Positions 51,001 through 60,081 of a stretch of 64,000 nt of DNA are shown piece by piece. How positions within the stretch are numbered: position 1 is the stretch's first letter; every line of letters starts with the position of its first letter. The notes below the pieces were generated by a model that worked only from the letters and a program-made list of their open reading frames with translations, searched no databases and was not told the DNA's origin. Where the stretch lies: assembly GCA_964553335.1 (NCBI GenBank), contig CAZKKW010000001.1, positions 4,645-68,644 on the forward strand, read 5' to 3'. Source of the DNA: an uncultured Hyphomicrobiales bacterium (GTDB lineage: Bacteria; Pseudomonadota; Alphaproteobacteria; Rhizobiales; JACESI01). The position numbers and the translations under genes are program-made.

Positions 51001-51557
51001 CTGGGGTGAGTGACACAATCACGGTAGAAATCGCCAGAAATTACGCAAAGCTTCTGTCTTACAAAGATGAATATGAAGTAGCGCGTCTCTTCACCACGCC
51101 TGAGTTTGAGGCAGAGATTGCTCAGACATTTGAAAAAGGGGGACGGTTAAATTTCCATTTGGCGCCGCCACTAAGGTCGAAGATGGATCCCAATACCGGA
51201 CGCCCCAAGAAAAAGAGATACGGCCCTTCCATGTTGCGGATGTTCCGTTTGATGAAGAAATTCAAGTTTCTACGCGGGACACCGTTTGACATCTTCGGAT
51301 ATTCACAAGAACGCAAAGCTGAGCGCCAGTTGATCAAGGATTATGAAAAAACAATCCGTCATGTTTTGAGACAAGTATCAAGGAAAACAGAAGCCTTGGG
51401 AATCGAGATCGCAGCCTTGCCAAAAGACATACGGGGGTATGGCCCGATCAAAGATAAGGCGATTGCTGAATATTATGCAAAAAATGCTGAATTGATCGAC
51501 CGTTTAGACAACCCACCTGCGGTTGAACCAAAACAGGTCAAAGAGGCTGCAGAATAA
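48060..51557 (+). CDS. indolepyruvate ferredoxin oxidoreductase-family protein (fused alpha/beta, 2-oxoacid:ferredoxin oxidoreductase)
   Basis: 1165 aa with a TPP-binding region (GDGTYFHSG) and a ferredoxin-type Cys cluster (CEGCGDC ... CNKDFSCVNGFCPS). Confidence 0.9.
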   Translation: MKHELPNAHVTLEDKYNAESGQVFMSGVQALIRLPMTQIKRDRAAGLKTGGFISGYRGSPLGNYDQQLQKSKIWLDQHNIKFQPGVNEELAATAVWGSQQLHLSPGAEYDGVFGIWYGKGPGVDRSGDVFKHGNAAGSSKHGGVLCLAGDDHGAKSSTLPHQSDHAFMSAVMPMLYPSHAGEFLELGLAGIAMSRYSGCWTGMKVIADTIETTGVIDLAGEQRQFVEPTDFDMPEDGLNIRWPDDRWTQDQRLQEQKGYAALAWARANKLDRVVMDTKRPRIGIIASGKSYEDVRQALRELEIDDITADRLGLRLYKVAMPWPLEPYGVREFAEGLETILVVEERREIIENQIKQQLYNWTPNKRPKVIGKFDIEDKPLLPLGKELTTGIIARAICDLVMKVQMDSGLKEQLQRKLDWFARRAEMRKKHVAATERLPYFCSGCPHNSSTKLPDGSRALGGIGCHFMVLWMDRSTETFSHMGGEGIAWTGSAPYTKEKHIFANLGDGTYFHSGSLAIRQAVSSGANITYKILYNDAVAMTGGQSVDGSLTPPQITHQLYNEGVKKIYLISDEPERYPQSTLAPGVTLGHRDTLDAAMNDLKEIEGCTAIVYDQTCAAEKRRRRKRGLMEDPSKRVMINSAVCEGCGDCSVQSNCVSVEPLETPLGRKRKINQSACNKDFSCVNGFCPSFVTIEGADLKKSEGLQNVDFSFLPDAQKTPALNRPYNIAVTGVGGTGVLTVGAIIGMAAHLDGKAANILDMSGIAQKGGAVISHVRLAENAEDIGAARLSTGSADLLIAADNVVAGTVDGVVLCEADHTSGVVNSHLTPTQEFVRERDFDFQEYAVMGKIKEAVGDDLSTHNFTEIAEAACGDTIATNIMMVGYAYQTGKLPVTREAIERAIELNGVAVEFNLRAFSWGRLLAHDPERLQELLGDALPEHVAIPRTLEEIVEHRAKHLTEYQNKALAKRFRAFIAKCQDGTLNAGVSDTITVEIARNYAKLLSYKDEYEVARLFTTPEFEAEIAQTFEKGGRLNFHLAPPLRSKMDPNTGRPKKKRYGPSMLRMFRLMKKFKFLRGTPFDIFGYSQERKAERQLIKDYEKTIRHVLRQVSRKTEALGIEIAALPKDIRGYGPIKDKAIAEYYAKNAELIDRLDNPPAVEPKQVKEAAE

Positions 51558-51694
51558 CCTGTGTTTGATCGTCGGTTCATATATAAGGTATAAGGCGTAA
51601 GAATCACAGTAGATAACAACAGAGTGAGGTTAAGCAGTATTGACCTCGCGTCCGTTATGTTATCTTCTATGTTCGAATTAAATGGGAGATGACT

Positions 51695-52162
51695 ATGAAG
51701 TTATTAAAATCGACCTTGGCAGCATCTATTGTTGCAGCAAGCTCGGTATCAGCGTTTGCCGCAACTGAACCAAAACGTGTGCAGGTAACTGGCGAGATTA
51801 TGGACACTTGGTGTTATTACTCAGGTGTTATGGGTGGCCGTGACGCGGTTGTTGGGTCTTCCCACCATACATGCGCTGTTTGGTGTGCTGCTGGCGGTAT
51901 TCCTGTGGGGCTTCTCACTGATGAAGGCGAAGTTTTCTTGGTTCTCGAAGTTGAGGGCAAAGGCATTGCTGACGGCAATGAAACAATCCTCGACATTCAA
52001 TCAGACAGAATCACAGCTGATGCTATGCTTTATGAGCGTGACGGATTTAAATATCTGGTTGTTGAAAAAGTTGTATCAAACGAAGGCATTACAAATCTAA
52101 CACACGATGATTTCGGTGTTATCCCTGCCTTTGCTATTCCTAAATCTGCACGTGGAGGCTAG
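51695..52162 (+). CDS. exported Cys/His-motif protein of unknown family (paralog A)
   Basis: Signal peptide MKLLKSTLAASIVAASSVSAFA. The mature part starts VTGEIMDTWC...SSHHTCAVWCAAGGIPVGLLTDEG. GGGAG precedes the start, and I prefer ATG 51695 to 51689. The stop is 3 nt before the next gene. Confidence 0.7.
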   Translation: MKLLKSTLAASIVAASSVSAFAATEPKRVQVTGEIMDTWCYYSGVMGGRDAVVGSSHHTCAVWCAAGGIPVGLLTDEGEVFLVLEVEGKGIADGNETILDIQSDRITADAMLYERDGFKYLVVEKVVSNEGITNLTHDDFGVIPAFAIPKSARGG

Positions 52163-52165
52163 ACC

Positions 52166-52717
52166 ATGAAAAAACTTATTATTGCCCTTTGTGCGACCGC
52201 TTTCCCTTTTGCAGCACTTGCTGACGATCCAAATAGTAAAGCGAAAAACTGGAACCTTGTTGCTCAAAAGAAAGCAATCCTTACTGGTAAAGTTGTCGAT
52301 GTGAGCTGTGAAGTGACCGGCAAATGCGGGGATGAATGTGGGGCTGGTGCTTACCACCTCGGCATTTTGACAACCGATGGTAAGCTTGTTCCAACCATGA
52401 AAAATGGTCAAACATCATTTAATGGTACAACAGACGATCTACTTCCATTTTGCGGTAAAGATGTTCAAGTGGACGGTCTTTTTGTAGGAGAAGATATTCC
52501 TGAACAGTACTATCAAGTTCAACTGATCAAAGTTGGTGATGGTGAGTGGCAAAAAGCAAATTTGCACACGAAGACATGGAAGACGAAATTTCCTGATGCT
52601 GGTGGCAAAGGCCCTTGGTTCCGTCGTGACCCACGGGTGAAAGCTCAGCTTGAAAAAGACGGTTGGCTTGGCCTTGGCGCTGATGTCGATAAGAAGTTCA
52701 TTGCTGAAAACTACTAG
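52166..52717 (+). CDS. exported Cys-motif protein of unknown family (paralog B)
   Basis: GGAGG lies 7 nt upstream. Signal peptide MKKLIIALCATAFPFAALA. The mature part LTGKVVDVSCEVTGKCGDECGAGAYHLGILTTDG aligns with paralog A. Confidence 0.7.
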   Translation: MKKLIIALCATAFPFAALADDPNSKAKNWNLVAQKKAILTGKVVDVSCEVTGKCGDECGAGAYHLGILTTDGKLVPTMKNGQTSFNGTTDDLLPFCGKDVQVDGLFVGEDIPEQYYQVQLIKVGDGEWQKANLHTKTWKTKFPDAGGKGPWFRRDPRVKAQLEKDGWLGLGADVDKKFIAENY

Positions 52718-52728
52718 TTGATTACGTA

Positions 52729-53466
52729 ATGAAACCGCTTTTTGCTGGTCTATACATAACAGGGCTTGCCGCACTTAGTTTTGGTGCGGCGGCCTTCTTT
52801 TTTGCCCCTCAAGATGAGGGGGCAAAGATTGCGAGTGCGCCTGCAACCAATGCCGTGCCGCAACCAAAACAAACTGCCGCAACGAGCGAGCAAAAATTGC
52901 CGGAGATTGCTGGGTTAGAAAATTCTGCGTTATCCGCTGATGACCTTCAAGCGGCCTTGTTTGGCACCAACCTTGGTGGGTCTTTCGATCTCATCGATCA
53001 TTTCGGCGAGCCGAAACAGCTTGAAGACTATGCGGGCAAGCATGTGATGGTATTCTTTGGCTATGCCAATTGCCTCGCGATTTGCTCTGCTGCTTTGCCA
53101 TTGATGGCTGATGTCATTGATTTGTTGGGCGACAACGGCAAAGCTGATCTTGTGCCTTTGATGATCACCGTTGATCCAAAAAATGACACGCCAGACTTCA
53201 TGCGTGAAAAACTCGCTGAATATCATCCGGCATTGATTGGCATGACGGGTTCAGAAGGTCAGTTGGCTGATGTTCGCAAGAAGTTTCAGGTACGTATTGA
53301 ATTTGTCGGAACCGATATTGACGACAATCCGATCTATAACCACGGCAGCTTTATCTATCTGCTTGGTCCAGACGGTAAGGTCAAAACCTTGGTGCCGCCG
53401 ATCCTAGAGCCGCAACAAATGGCGGACATCATGAAGAAATATATTCTTGAAGAAGAGGCTAGTTAA
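52729..53466 (+). CDS. SCO1/SenC-family thioredoxin-fold protein (divergent CxxxC motif), membrane anchored
   Basis: 245 aa with an N-terminal TM helix. FGYANCLAICSAAL (CxxxC at 53071-53085) and the conserved His context NHGSFIYLLGPDG match the SCO fold. The usual Pro after the second Cys is absent. Confidence 0.8.
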   Translation: MKPLFAGLYITGLAALSFGAAAFFFAPQDEGAKIASAPATNAVPQPKQTAATSEQKLPEIAGLENSALSADDLQAALFGTNLGGSFDLIDHFGEPKQLEDYAGKHVMVFFGYANCLAICSAALPLMADVIDLLGDNGKADLVPLMITVDPKNDTPDFMREKLAEYHPALIGMTGSEGQLADVRKKFQVRIEFVGTDIDDNPIYNHGSFIYLLGPDGKVKTLVPPILEPQQMADIMKKYILEEEAS

Positions 53467-53474
53467 TAGCCTTT

Positions 53475-53819
53475 TCAGCGCTCGCTTAATCCTGCACATT
53501 TGATGCAAAGCGTTGCCATTGGGTCGATCTCAAGACGTTTGTCTGCAATTTCATCGCCGCATTCTAGGCAGTCGCCATATTCGTCATCGTCGATCCGGCG
53601 AAAGGCAGCATCAATGCGCACCAAATCAAGCTGTCTTCTGCGTTGTTGTTCTTGTGCCATTGCCTGACCTTGCAGCGCATCCATACGCGAGAGGCGACCA
53701 ACCGATTGCTGATCAAGCTCCACGGCTGAGCGTGCTTCTTCAGACATGGCTTGCAGTTGCATCAATTCTTGCTTGCGTGCTTCCAGCCGCTTGATTGCCC
53801 GTTTGTGATCAACCGACAT
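53475..53819 (-). CDS. TraR/DksA-family C4 zinc-finger protein
   Basis: 114 aa with a coiled-coil N-terminal part and CLECGDEI...CIKC (a C4 finger). Confidence 0.85.
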   Translation of the reverse strand: MSVDHKRAIKRLEARKQELMQLQAMSEEARSAVELDQQSVGRLSRMDALQGQAMAQEQQRRRQLDLVRIDAAFRRIDDDEYGDCLECGDEIADKRLEIDPMATLCIKCAGLSER

Positions 53820-53933
53820 GGCTCATCTCCCACATTGCTGCCGTCAATTCATGGCACAATGCTCGCACATTTTAGAAAATTTGTGTATGACCCATCCTCA
53901 CTGATGCAATTCATAAAGATAAGGCTTTGAACC

Positions 53934-54770
53934 ATGTCTTCGCAAACTGAAACCGTTCGTCGCAAAACAGCGCTTGATATTTTGAAAATGAAGAACGAGC
54001 GTAAAATCGTCTCTCTGACGGCTTATCATGCGCACACGGCAGGGATTATCGATCCCCATGTGGACTTCATCCTTGTGGGTGATAGTCTCGGCATGGTGAT
54101 GCATGGGCTAGAGACAACGATCCCTGTTACCGTTGATATGATGATCTTGCAGGGTCATGCGGTTATGCGTGGTTCAAAACAAGCGTTGATTGTCGTTGAT
54201 ATGCCATTTGGTTCATATGAAGAAAGTCCCGAAGCTGCCTTTCGAAATGCAGCGCGGATCATGAAAGAAACAGGTTGCGGTGCGATTAAGCTCGAAGGTG
54301 GTTCTCTCATGGCACCCACAATCGACTTTCTCACAAGCAGGGGCATCCCAGTGATGGCCCACATCGGCCTCACACCGCAAAGCGTCAACACAATGGGTGG
54401 CTTTAAGGTTCAAGGGAAAAGTAAAGACGAATGGGCGATAATCGAAGAAGACGCGCGTGCTGTTAGTGATGCAGGTGCGTTTTCAGTGGTGATTGAGGGG
54501 GTTGCTGCACCCTTGGCCGATAAGCTGACAGAGATTGTGCCAATTCCAACCATCGGCATTGGTGCATCGGCAAACTGTGATGGTCAAATCCTCGTGCTTG
54601 AAGACATGCTCGGCCTGTCTGATTGGGTACCTAAGTTTGTCAAGAAGTTTGGTTCCATCAAAGATCATATCGAAGAAAGCGTTACATCTTATGCCGATGC
54701 GGTTCGTGATCAGTCATTTCCCGCTGCAGAACACACCTATGCGATGAAAAAGCAAAAGAAAGACGATTGA
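53934..54770 (+). CDS. panB: 3-methyl-2-oxobutanoate hydroxymethyltransferase
   Basis: 278 aa with [29 protein letters not shown] and GHIGLTPQS motifs. Confidence 0.95.
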   Translation: MSSQTETVRRKTALDILKMKNERKIVSLTAYHAHTAGIIDPHVDFILVGDSLGMVMHGLETTIPVTVDMMILQGHAVMRGSKQALIVVDMPFGSYEESPEAAFRNAARIMKETGCGAIKLEGGSLMAPTIDFLTSRGIPVMAHIGLTPQSVNTMGGFKVQGKSKDEWAIIEEDARAVSDAGAFSVVIEGVAAPLADKLTEIVPIPTIGIGASANCDGQILVLEDMLGLSDWVPKFVKKFGSIKDHIEESVTSYADAVRDQSFPAAEHTYAMKKQKKDD

Positions 54771-54797
54771 TTGCAGCTTGCATTTGTTGCAATTTTT
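54770..54797 (+). terminator. possible Rho-independent terminator after panB
   Basis: attgcagc (54770-54777) pairs with gttgcaat (54786-54793), with one G-U pair, followed by tttt. The stem overlaps the stop codon. Confidence 0.45.
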
Positions 54798-54851
54798 GAT
54801 CGTGGCGCATAATGTCCGCGAAACCTATAAACTCTTACAACTGGTTGCAGA

Positions 54852-55529
54852 ATGTCAGATTTTTTTCGTGAAGTAGATGAAGAGCTTCGCAACGACCGAA
54901 TGAAGGCCGTGTGGACGAACTACGGCAAGATTATCATCGGTGTGGCTGTATTGCTGATCGCCGCGACCGCTGGCTATCGCTATTATCTGCATTGGCAAGA
55001 GCAGCAGGCAGGGGCGGCTGGTGATCAATATTTGCAGGCGCTTGAACTTGCCAATGATGGAGACCGCGCTGGCGCTCGCAAAATTTTAGACAAATTGGCC
55101 CAGGATGGATGGGGCGGTTACCCAATCCTTGCAGGCCTTCGCTCCGCAACAACGTTGATTGCTGAGGGAAAGACCAAAGAAGGCATTGATGCCCTCGATG
55201 CACTTTCAAAAAACAGTGTATTGTCAGGTGACCTACAAGACTATGCCCGCGTGCAAGCGGCTATGGCAGCGGTTGATATTGAGAGTTTTGATCAAATTGT
55301 TGCACGCACAGGCGGCCTGCTTGGCCCAGAAAGCGCATGGAGTAATTTTGCGCGGGAAGCACGGGCATTGGCAGCTTGGAAAGCGGGCGATTTGGATGAA
55401 GCGGCAAAATGGGTTCAAGAGTTGAAATCCAACAATGAACTGCCGCAAGGCATGCGCTCGCGTATCGAAATTATTGAAGATCTGATCATTTCGCGCGGCG
55501 GTAAGCTTCCGTCAACGTCCGATTCGTAG
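54852..55529 (+). CDS. membrane-anchored TPR-like protein (YfgM-like position upstream of bamB-like/der)
   Basis: 225 aa with one TM helix after a charged N-terminus (FFREVDEELRNDRMKAVW) and a helical-repeat C-terminal domain. The synteny with der is conserved. Confidence 0.72.
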   Translation: MSDFFREVDEELRNDRMKAVWTNYGKIIIGVAVLLIAATAGYRYYLHWQEQQAGAAGDQYLQALELANDGDRAGARKILDKLAQDGWGGYPILAGLRSATTLIAEGKTKEGIDALDALSKNSVLSGDLQDYARVQAAMAAVDIESFDQIVARTGGLLGPESAWSNFAREARALAAWKAGDLDEAAKWVQELKSNNELPQGMRSRIEIIEDLIISRGGKLPSTSDS

Positions 55530-55592
55530 TATTGTTATCTGGTAATTTTGCTGGATGCGTTCCTCCACGGTGGCCGTTGGAAGGAATGAAAC

Positions 55593-56963
55593 ATGTCGAT
55601 GGCACTTTTTGGGTCAGTTGACGGTAATCACCCGTGGCGTTTGAGAACGCTGAGCGTTGTGATCACTTGTGTTGCACTAGCAGGCTGTGTCGCCGAGCAC
55701 GCAACGCCCGATATTACAGCCCTTAGCCCCGATTTAAAAATTCCTGAGCTGAGTTCGCCAGATGCTAAGCCAGCACCTCAAGCTAAAAAAACGCAACGAG
55801 TAGCAAGCACAGCGGTGAAAACTGCGATAATACCCAATCCGAAACCGTCTAAATCGCTTGGCTATCAATTTGTGGCAAAGGCGAGCTTTGATTTGCCGGC
55901 CCTTAATCAAGAGTTTCCCAGTACATTTGGGTTCAGCGGCAATAATATTGACCATCTCTTGCTGGGCGGCGGCGCATCTTGGCAATCGAAGCCAACTAAA
56001 AACGCAGGGCGCGTTACAACGCCGCTGGTTTTAAATGCAGGGCGGTTGTTTTATGGGGATGAACGCGGTGGCCTTTATGCCGTATCAGCAAGCAATGGGG
56101 CGCTGTTATGGGCGGTTCATCTATCTGATGGCCAGACCGACCAACCCATCGCAACATTGTTTGCAGACAAAGATGTCCTTTATGCAGCAACCCGCAATGG
56201 TCATGTTATTGCAATCTCGTCGAAAAACGGAACTATTTTATGGAAGAAGAAAGTATCCGGTTCAGCCAAGAATTTGGTGACGGGGGCACTGCGCTTGGTG
56301 GGCGAGGCATTGCTGTTGAAAATTGGTAATAATCAGTTGCTGACCCTTTCCAAGGACAACGGTGAAGCTGGATGGGGTTATAAATCCACTAATTCCATTG
56401 ACGCTTTGGCGGTCTCAAACGGGACAATCCAATTGCTGACGAGCAAGAATGAGTTTGTACACTTAGAACAAAGCACAGGAAAACAAAAAACGAAGAACGA
56501 ATTTTCAAGTGCGCAAAAAGCAAGCCAGCTTATCGCAACATCAAAAGATCTCATCGTTAGCGGGAAGAATAGTCTTAGCCGCTATACACCACAACGCACC
56601 CAAAGATTATGGGAACAGAAAAAGGGCGGTGAGGGGCAGATTATTGCCTCTGGTGATACGATTTTTTCAACGGGTATAGACAACGCGTTGCGCGCTTTTA
56701 ATCGCACAAATGGCAAGCTCAATTGGCGATCAAAACTGCCAGAAAATAAGACCATTGGCACACCAACACGCTGGAGCAGACCAATATTGGCCGGTGGGCG
56801 CTTGCATCTTGCTAGCAATACAGGCTATGTCGCGTCATTCAATGCCGATGACGGTAAACTGATTTTGTTGCGCAACATCAAAGCGCCCATAAATTCAGCC
56901 CCGATTGTGGCGAGTGGCAGGCTTTATATCATAGCGGCTAATGGCAAGGTTTTTCGACTTTGA
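55593..56963 (+). CDS. PQQ-like beta-propeller lipoprotein (BamB-like)
   Basis: 456 aa with the lipobox VALAGC, a low-complexity linker, and then repeated GxLYAxxxxGxVxA-type propeller blades. Confidence 0.8.
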   Translation: MSMALFGSVDGNHPWRLRTLSVVITCVALAGCVAEHATPDITALSPDLKIPELSSPDAKPAPQAKKTQRVASTAVKTAIIPNPKPSKSLGYQFVAKASFDLPALNQEFPSTFGFSGNNIDHLLLGGGASWQSKPTKNAGRVTTPLVLNAGRLFYGDERGGLYAVSASNGALLWAVHLSDGQTDQPIATLFADKDVLYAATRNGHVIAISSKNGTILWKKKVSGSAKNLVTGALRLVGEALLLKIGNNQLLTLSKDNGEAGWGYKSTNSIDALAVSNGTIQLLTSKNEFVHLEQSTGKQKTKNEFSSAQKASQLIATSKDLIVSGKNSLSRYTPQRTQRLWEQKKGGEGQIIASGDTIFSTGIDNALRAFNRTNGKLNWRSKLPENKTIGTPTRWSRPILAGGRLHLASNTGYVASFNADDGKLILLRNIKAPINSAPIVASGRLYIIAANGKVFRL

Positions 56964-57015
56964 CACGCGCCAATCTCTATGTGCGGAGCCTCTTTGGTTT
57001 TAAGTAGGTCCGTTT

Positions 57016-58416
57016 ATGTCGTTTACCGTCGCAATTGTCGGTCGCCCCAATGTTGGAAAATCCACCCTGTTTAACAGATTGGTTGGGCGCAAGCTTGCTC
57101 TCGTTGATGACACCCCAGGGGTAACCCGCGATCGCCGTGAAGGGGATGCTAAGCTGGGTGATTTGTCTTTCACGATCATCGATACAGCCGGACTTGAAGA
57201 CGCAACCGATGACAGCCTAGAAGCACGCATGCGCCAACAAACTGAGGCGGCAATTAGTGATGCAGACGTTTGCCTATTCATGATGGATGTGCGGGCAGGG
57301 GTTACACCTATTGACGAGCATTTTGGTTCACTGCTTCGCAAATCATCAAAGCCCGTCATTTTGCTTGCTAATAAATCAGAAGGTCGTGGAGAGATGGGCG
57401 CTTATGAAGCCTTCTCGCTCGGTCTTGGTGATCCAGTTGCAATTTCCGCTGAACACGGCGAGGGGCTTGGTTCGCTTTATGATGCGTTGCGTCCATTCGT
57501 TGATGACGCGGAAATTGAAGAAGCCGCAGAACTTGCCGCCAATTCTGATTGGCAGGATGATGAGATCGGCGAGTTTGACGAAACCATCGCCTATGACCGC
57601 GAAAAGCCGATGAAGATCGCGGTTGTTGGTCGTCCAAATGCGGGCAAGTCTACACTCATCAACACGCTGCTTGGCGAAGACAGATTGCTGACGGGTCCAG
57701 AAGCGGGAATCACGCGTGATTCCATCTCTATTGACTGGGAATGGGAAGGGCGCCGTCTCAAGCTGTTTGATACAGCTGGTATCCGTAAAAAAGCCAAGGT
57801 AAATGCGAAGCTTGAAAAGCTATCTGTTGCGGATGGCCTTCGCGCTATTCGTTTTGCCGAAGTGGTGGTTGTCACACTTGACGCCACAATGCCGTTTGAG
57901 AAGCAAGATTTGCAGATTGCCGCTTTGGTCATTCGTGAAGGGCGCTCCCTCGTGATTGCGCTTAATAAATGGGATCTAATCGAAGACCGCCACCAGACAA
58001 TGCTTGATTTGCGCGAGAAGTGTGAGCGCCTACTACCACAAGTGCGCGGTGTTCCCATGGTGCCAATGTCGGGCCAAACGGGCTATAATCTTGAAAAACT
58101 CTTGAAGGCAGTGACCGAAACCCACGAAGTTTGGAACACAAGGCTTTCAACCTCAAGGCTCAATCGCTGGTTTGATAATATCACCCAGTATCACCCACCG
58201 CCCGCCGTTGCTGGTCGCAGGGTTAAGCTTCGCTATATCACGCAGGCCAAAACACGCCCGCCAACATTTGTGGTGTTTTGTACCCGTGCTGATGCCGTTC
58301 CAGAAGCGTATAAGCGCTATCTGTTAAACGCGATCCGTGAGGATTTTGAGATACCAGGTGTGCCGCTTCGCATGATTATGCGTGAAGGAAACAACCCTTA
58401 CGCTCCAAAGAAATAG
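57016..58416 (+). CDS. der: ribosome biogenesis GTPase Der (EngA), tandem G domains
   Basis: 466 aa with two P-loops ([18 protein letters not shown]), DTAG motifs, NKSE/NKWD motifs, and a KH-like C-terminus. Confidence 0.97.
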   Translation: MSFTVAIVGRPNVGKSTLFNRLVGRKLALVDDTPGVTRDRREGDAKLGDLSFTIIDTAGLEDATDDSLEARMRQQTEAAISDADVCLFMMDVRAGVTPIDEHFGSLLRKSSKPVILLANKSEGRGEMGAYEAFSLGLGDPVAISAEHGEGLGSLYDALRPFVDDAEIEEAAELAANSDWQDDEIGEFDETIAYDREKPMKIAVVGRPNAGKSTLINTLLGEDRLLTGPEAGITRDSISIDWEWEGRRLKLFDTAGIRKKAKVNAKLEKLSVADGLRAIRFAEVVVVTLDATMPFEKQDLQIAALVIREGRSLVIALNKWDLIEDRHQTMLDLREKCERLLPQVRGVPMVPMSGQTGYNLEKLLKAVTETHEVWNTRLSTSRLNRWFDNITQYHPPPAVAGRRVKLRYITQAKTRPPTFVVFCTRADAVPEAYKRYLLNAIREDFEIPGVPLRMIMREGNNPYAPKK

Positions 58417-58537
58417 CGGTAGTATCCAACTGCCACCTTGCGCAAAACTGTTTTGCATGGCCTGATTGGACCTTAGGTCATTGCAGTGCTTTGGGATTCT
58501 GTCTAGTAGGTGACCTGATTGACGCAGGGAGGCTGGA

Positions 58538-60070
58538 TTGCGCGATATTATTGACGAGTTGAAAGACCGCCGTGAAACGGCCCTTAAGGGTGGCGGCGAT
58601 AAGCGTATAGATCGCCAACATGAGCGCGGCAAACTAACGGCGCGAGAGCGCATTAATGTGCTGCTTGATGAAGGCTCATTTGAAGAATTCGGCATGTTTG
58701 TCCAACACCGTGCCACAGACTTCGGCATGGCAGATAACAAGATACCTGGTGACGGTGTTGTGACTGGTTGGGGCACTGTTAATGGCCGCAAGATATTTGT
58801 CTTTGCAAAAGACTTCACCATTTTTGGCGGTTCACTGTCTGAAGCGCATGCGGAGAAAATCTGCAAACTGCAAGATATGGCTTTGCGCAATCGTGCTCCT
58901 ATCATCGGCTTGATGGATGCAGGCGGTGCACGTATTCAAGAGGGTGTCGCAGCCCTTGGTGGTTATGCAGAAGTCTTCCAGCGCAATGTGTTAGCGTCTG
59001 GCGTGATCCCACAAATTTCAATGATCATGGGGCCATGCGCGGGTGGTGATGTTTATTCGCCTGCGATGACGGATTTCATCTTCATGGTGCGTGATACCAG
59101 CTACATGTATGTAACCGGCCCTGATGTGGTGAAAACGGTGACCAATGAGACGGTGACCCACGAAGAACTGGGTGGCGCGTCAATCCACACCACCAAATCA
59201 TCCATTGCTGATGGGGCCTTCGATAATGATATCGACGCTTTGATCGAAATGCGCCGTTTCATCGACTTTCTGCCGTTGTCGAATACAGATGATGTGCCAG
59301 AGCTTGAAACCAGTGATGCCTATGACCGCGTTGATGAATCGCTTGATACACTGATCCCTGATAGCGCGAACAAGCCGTATGACATCAAGGAGCTGATCCA
59401 TAAGATCGTCGATGAAGGTGACTTCTTCGAACTCCAAGCAAGTTTCGCCGCCAACATCGTCACAGGTTTTGGCCGCATGGAGGGCAAGACCGTTGGGTTT
59501 GTCGCCAACCAGCCAATGGTGCTTGCAGGCGTTCTTGATAGTGATGCGAGCCGTAAGGCCGCGCGTTTTGTGCGCTTTTGTGATTGTTTTGGTATTCCAA
59601 TTGTCACCCTTGTTGATGTGCCAGGTTTCTTGCCAGGTACTGCGCAAGAATATGGTGGCCTGATCAAGCACGGAGCAAAGCTTCTGTTTGCTTATGCAGA
59701 AGCCACTGTGCCGAAGGTGACCGTGATCACGCGTAAGGCCTTTGGTGGTGCTTATGACGTGATGGCGTCAAAACATTTGCGCGGTGACATCAACTACGCA
59801 TGGCCGTCAGCGCAGATTGCTGTGATGGGGGCAAAAGGTGCTGTTGAGATCATCCATCGTCAGCACATTGGCGATGATGAAAAGATCGAAGAGTTGACGA
59901 AAGAATATGAGGAGCGCTTCCTATCGCCATTTGTGGCCGCTGAACGGGGCTACGTTGACGAAGTGATCTTCCCACGCTCAACCCGCAAGCGCGTCTCTCG
60001 TGCCCTGCAAATGTTGCGTGATAAGGATTTGCAAAACCCTTGGAAAAAACACGACAATATTCCGCTTTAA
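58538..60070 (+). CDS. pccB: propionyl-CoA carboxylase beta chain (carboxyltransferase)
   Basis: 510 aa with an N-terminus typical of PccB ([37 protein letters not shown]), plus GGARIQEG and [13 protein letters not shown] motifs. It uses a TTG start. Confidence 0.94.
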   Translation: MRDIIDELKDRRETALKGGGDKRIDRQHERGKLTARERINVLLDEGSFEEFGMFVQHRATDFGMADNKIPGDGVVTGWGTVNGRKIFVFAKDFTIFGGSLSEAHAEKICKLQDMALRNRAPIIGLMDAGGARIQEGVAALGGYAEVFQRNVLASGVIPQISMIMGPCAGGDVYSPAMTDFIFMVRDTSYMYVTGPDVVKTVTNETVTHEELGGASIHTTKSSIADGAFDNDIDALIEMRRFIDFLPLSNTDDVPELETSDAYDRVDESLDTLIPDSANKPYDIKELIHKIVDEGDFFELQASFAANIVTGFGRMEGKTVGFVANQPMVLAGVLDSDASRKAARFVRFCDCFGIPIVTLVDVPGFLPGTAQEYGGLIKHGAKLLFAYAEATVPKVTVITRKAFGGAYDVMASKHLRGDINYAWPSAQIAVMGAKGAVEIIHRQHIGDDEKIEELTKEYEERFLSPFVAAERGYVDEVIFPRSTRKRVSRALQMLRDKDLQNPWKKHDNIPL

Positions 60071-60081
60071 AAGGTTCCTAA

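Noticed and set aside
57591-58905. Minus-strand ORFs of 155 aa (57591..58058) and 193 aa (58324..58905)
   Set aside because: They are antisense to der and to the der/pccB junction. Both sense genes are strongly supported, and the antisense translations are Arg/Ser-rich with no motifs.
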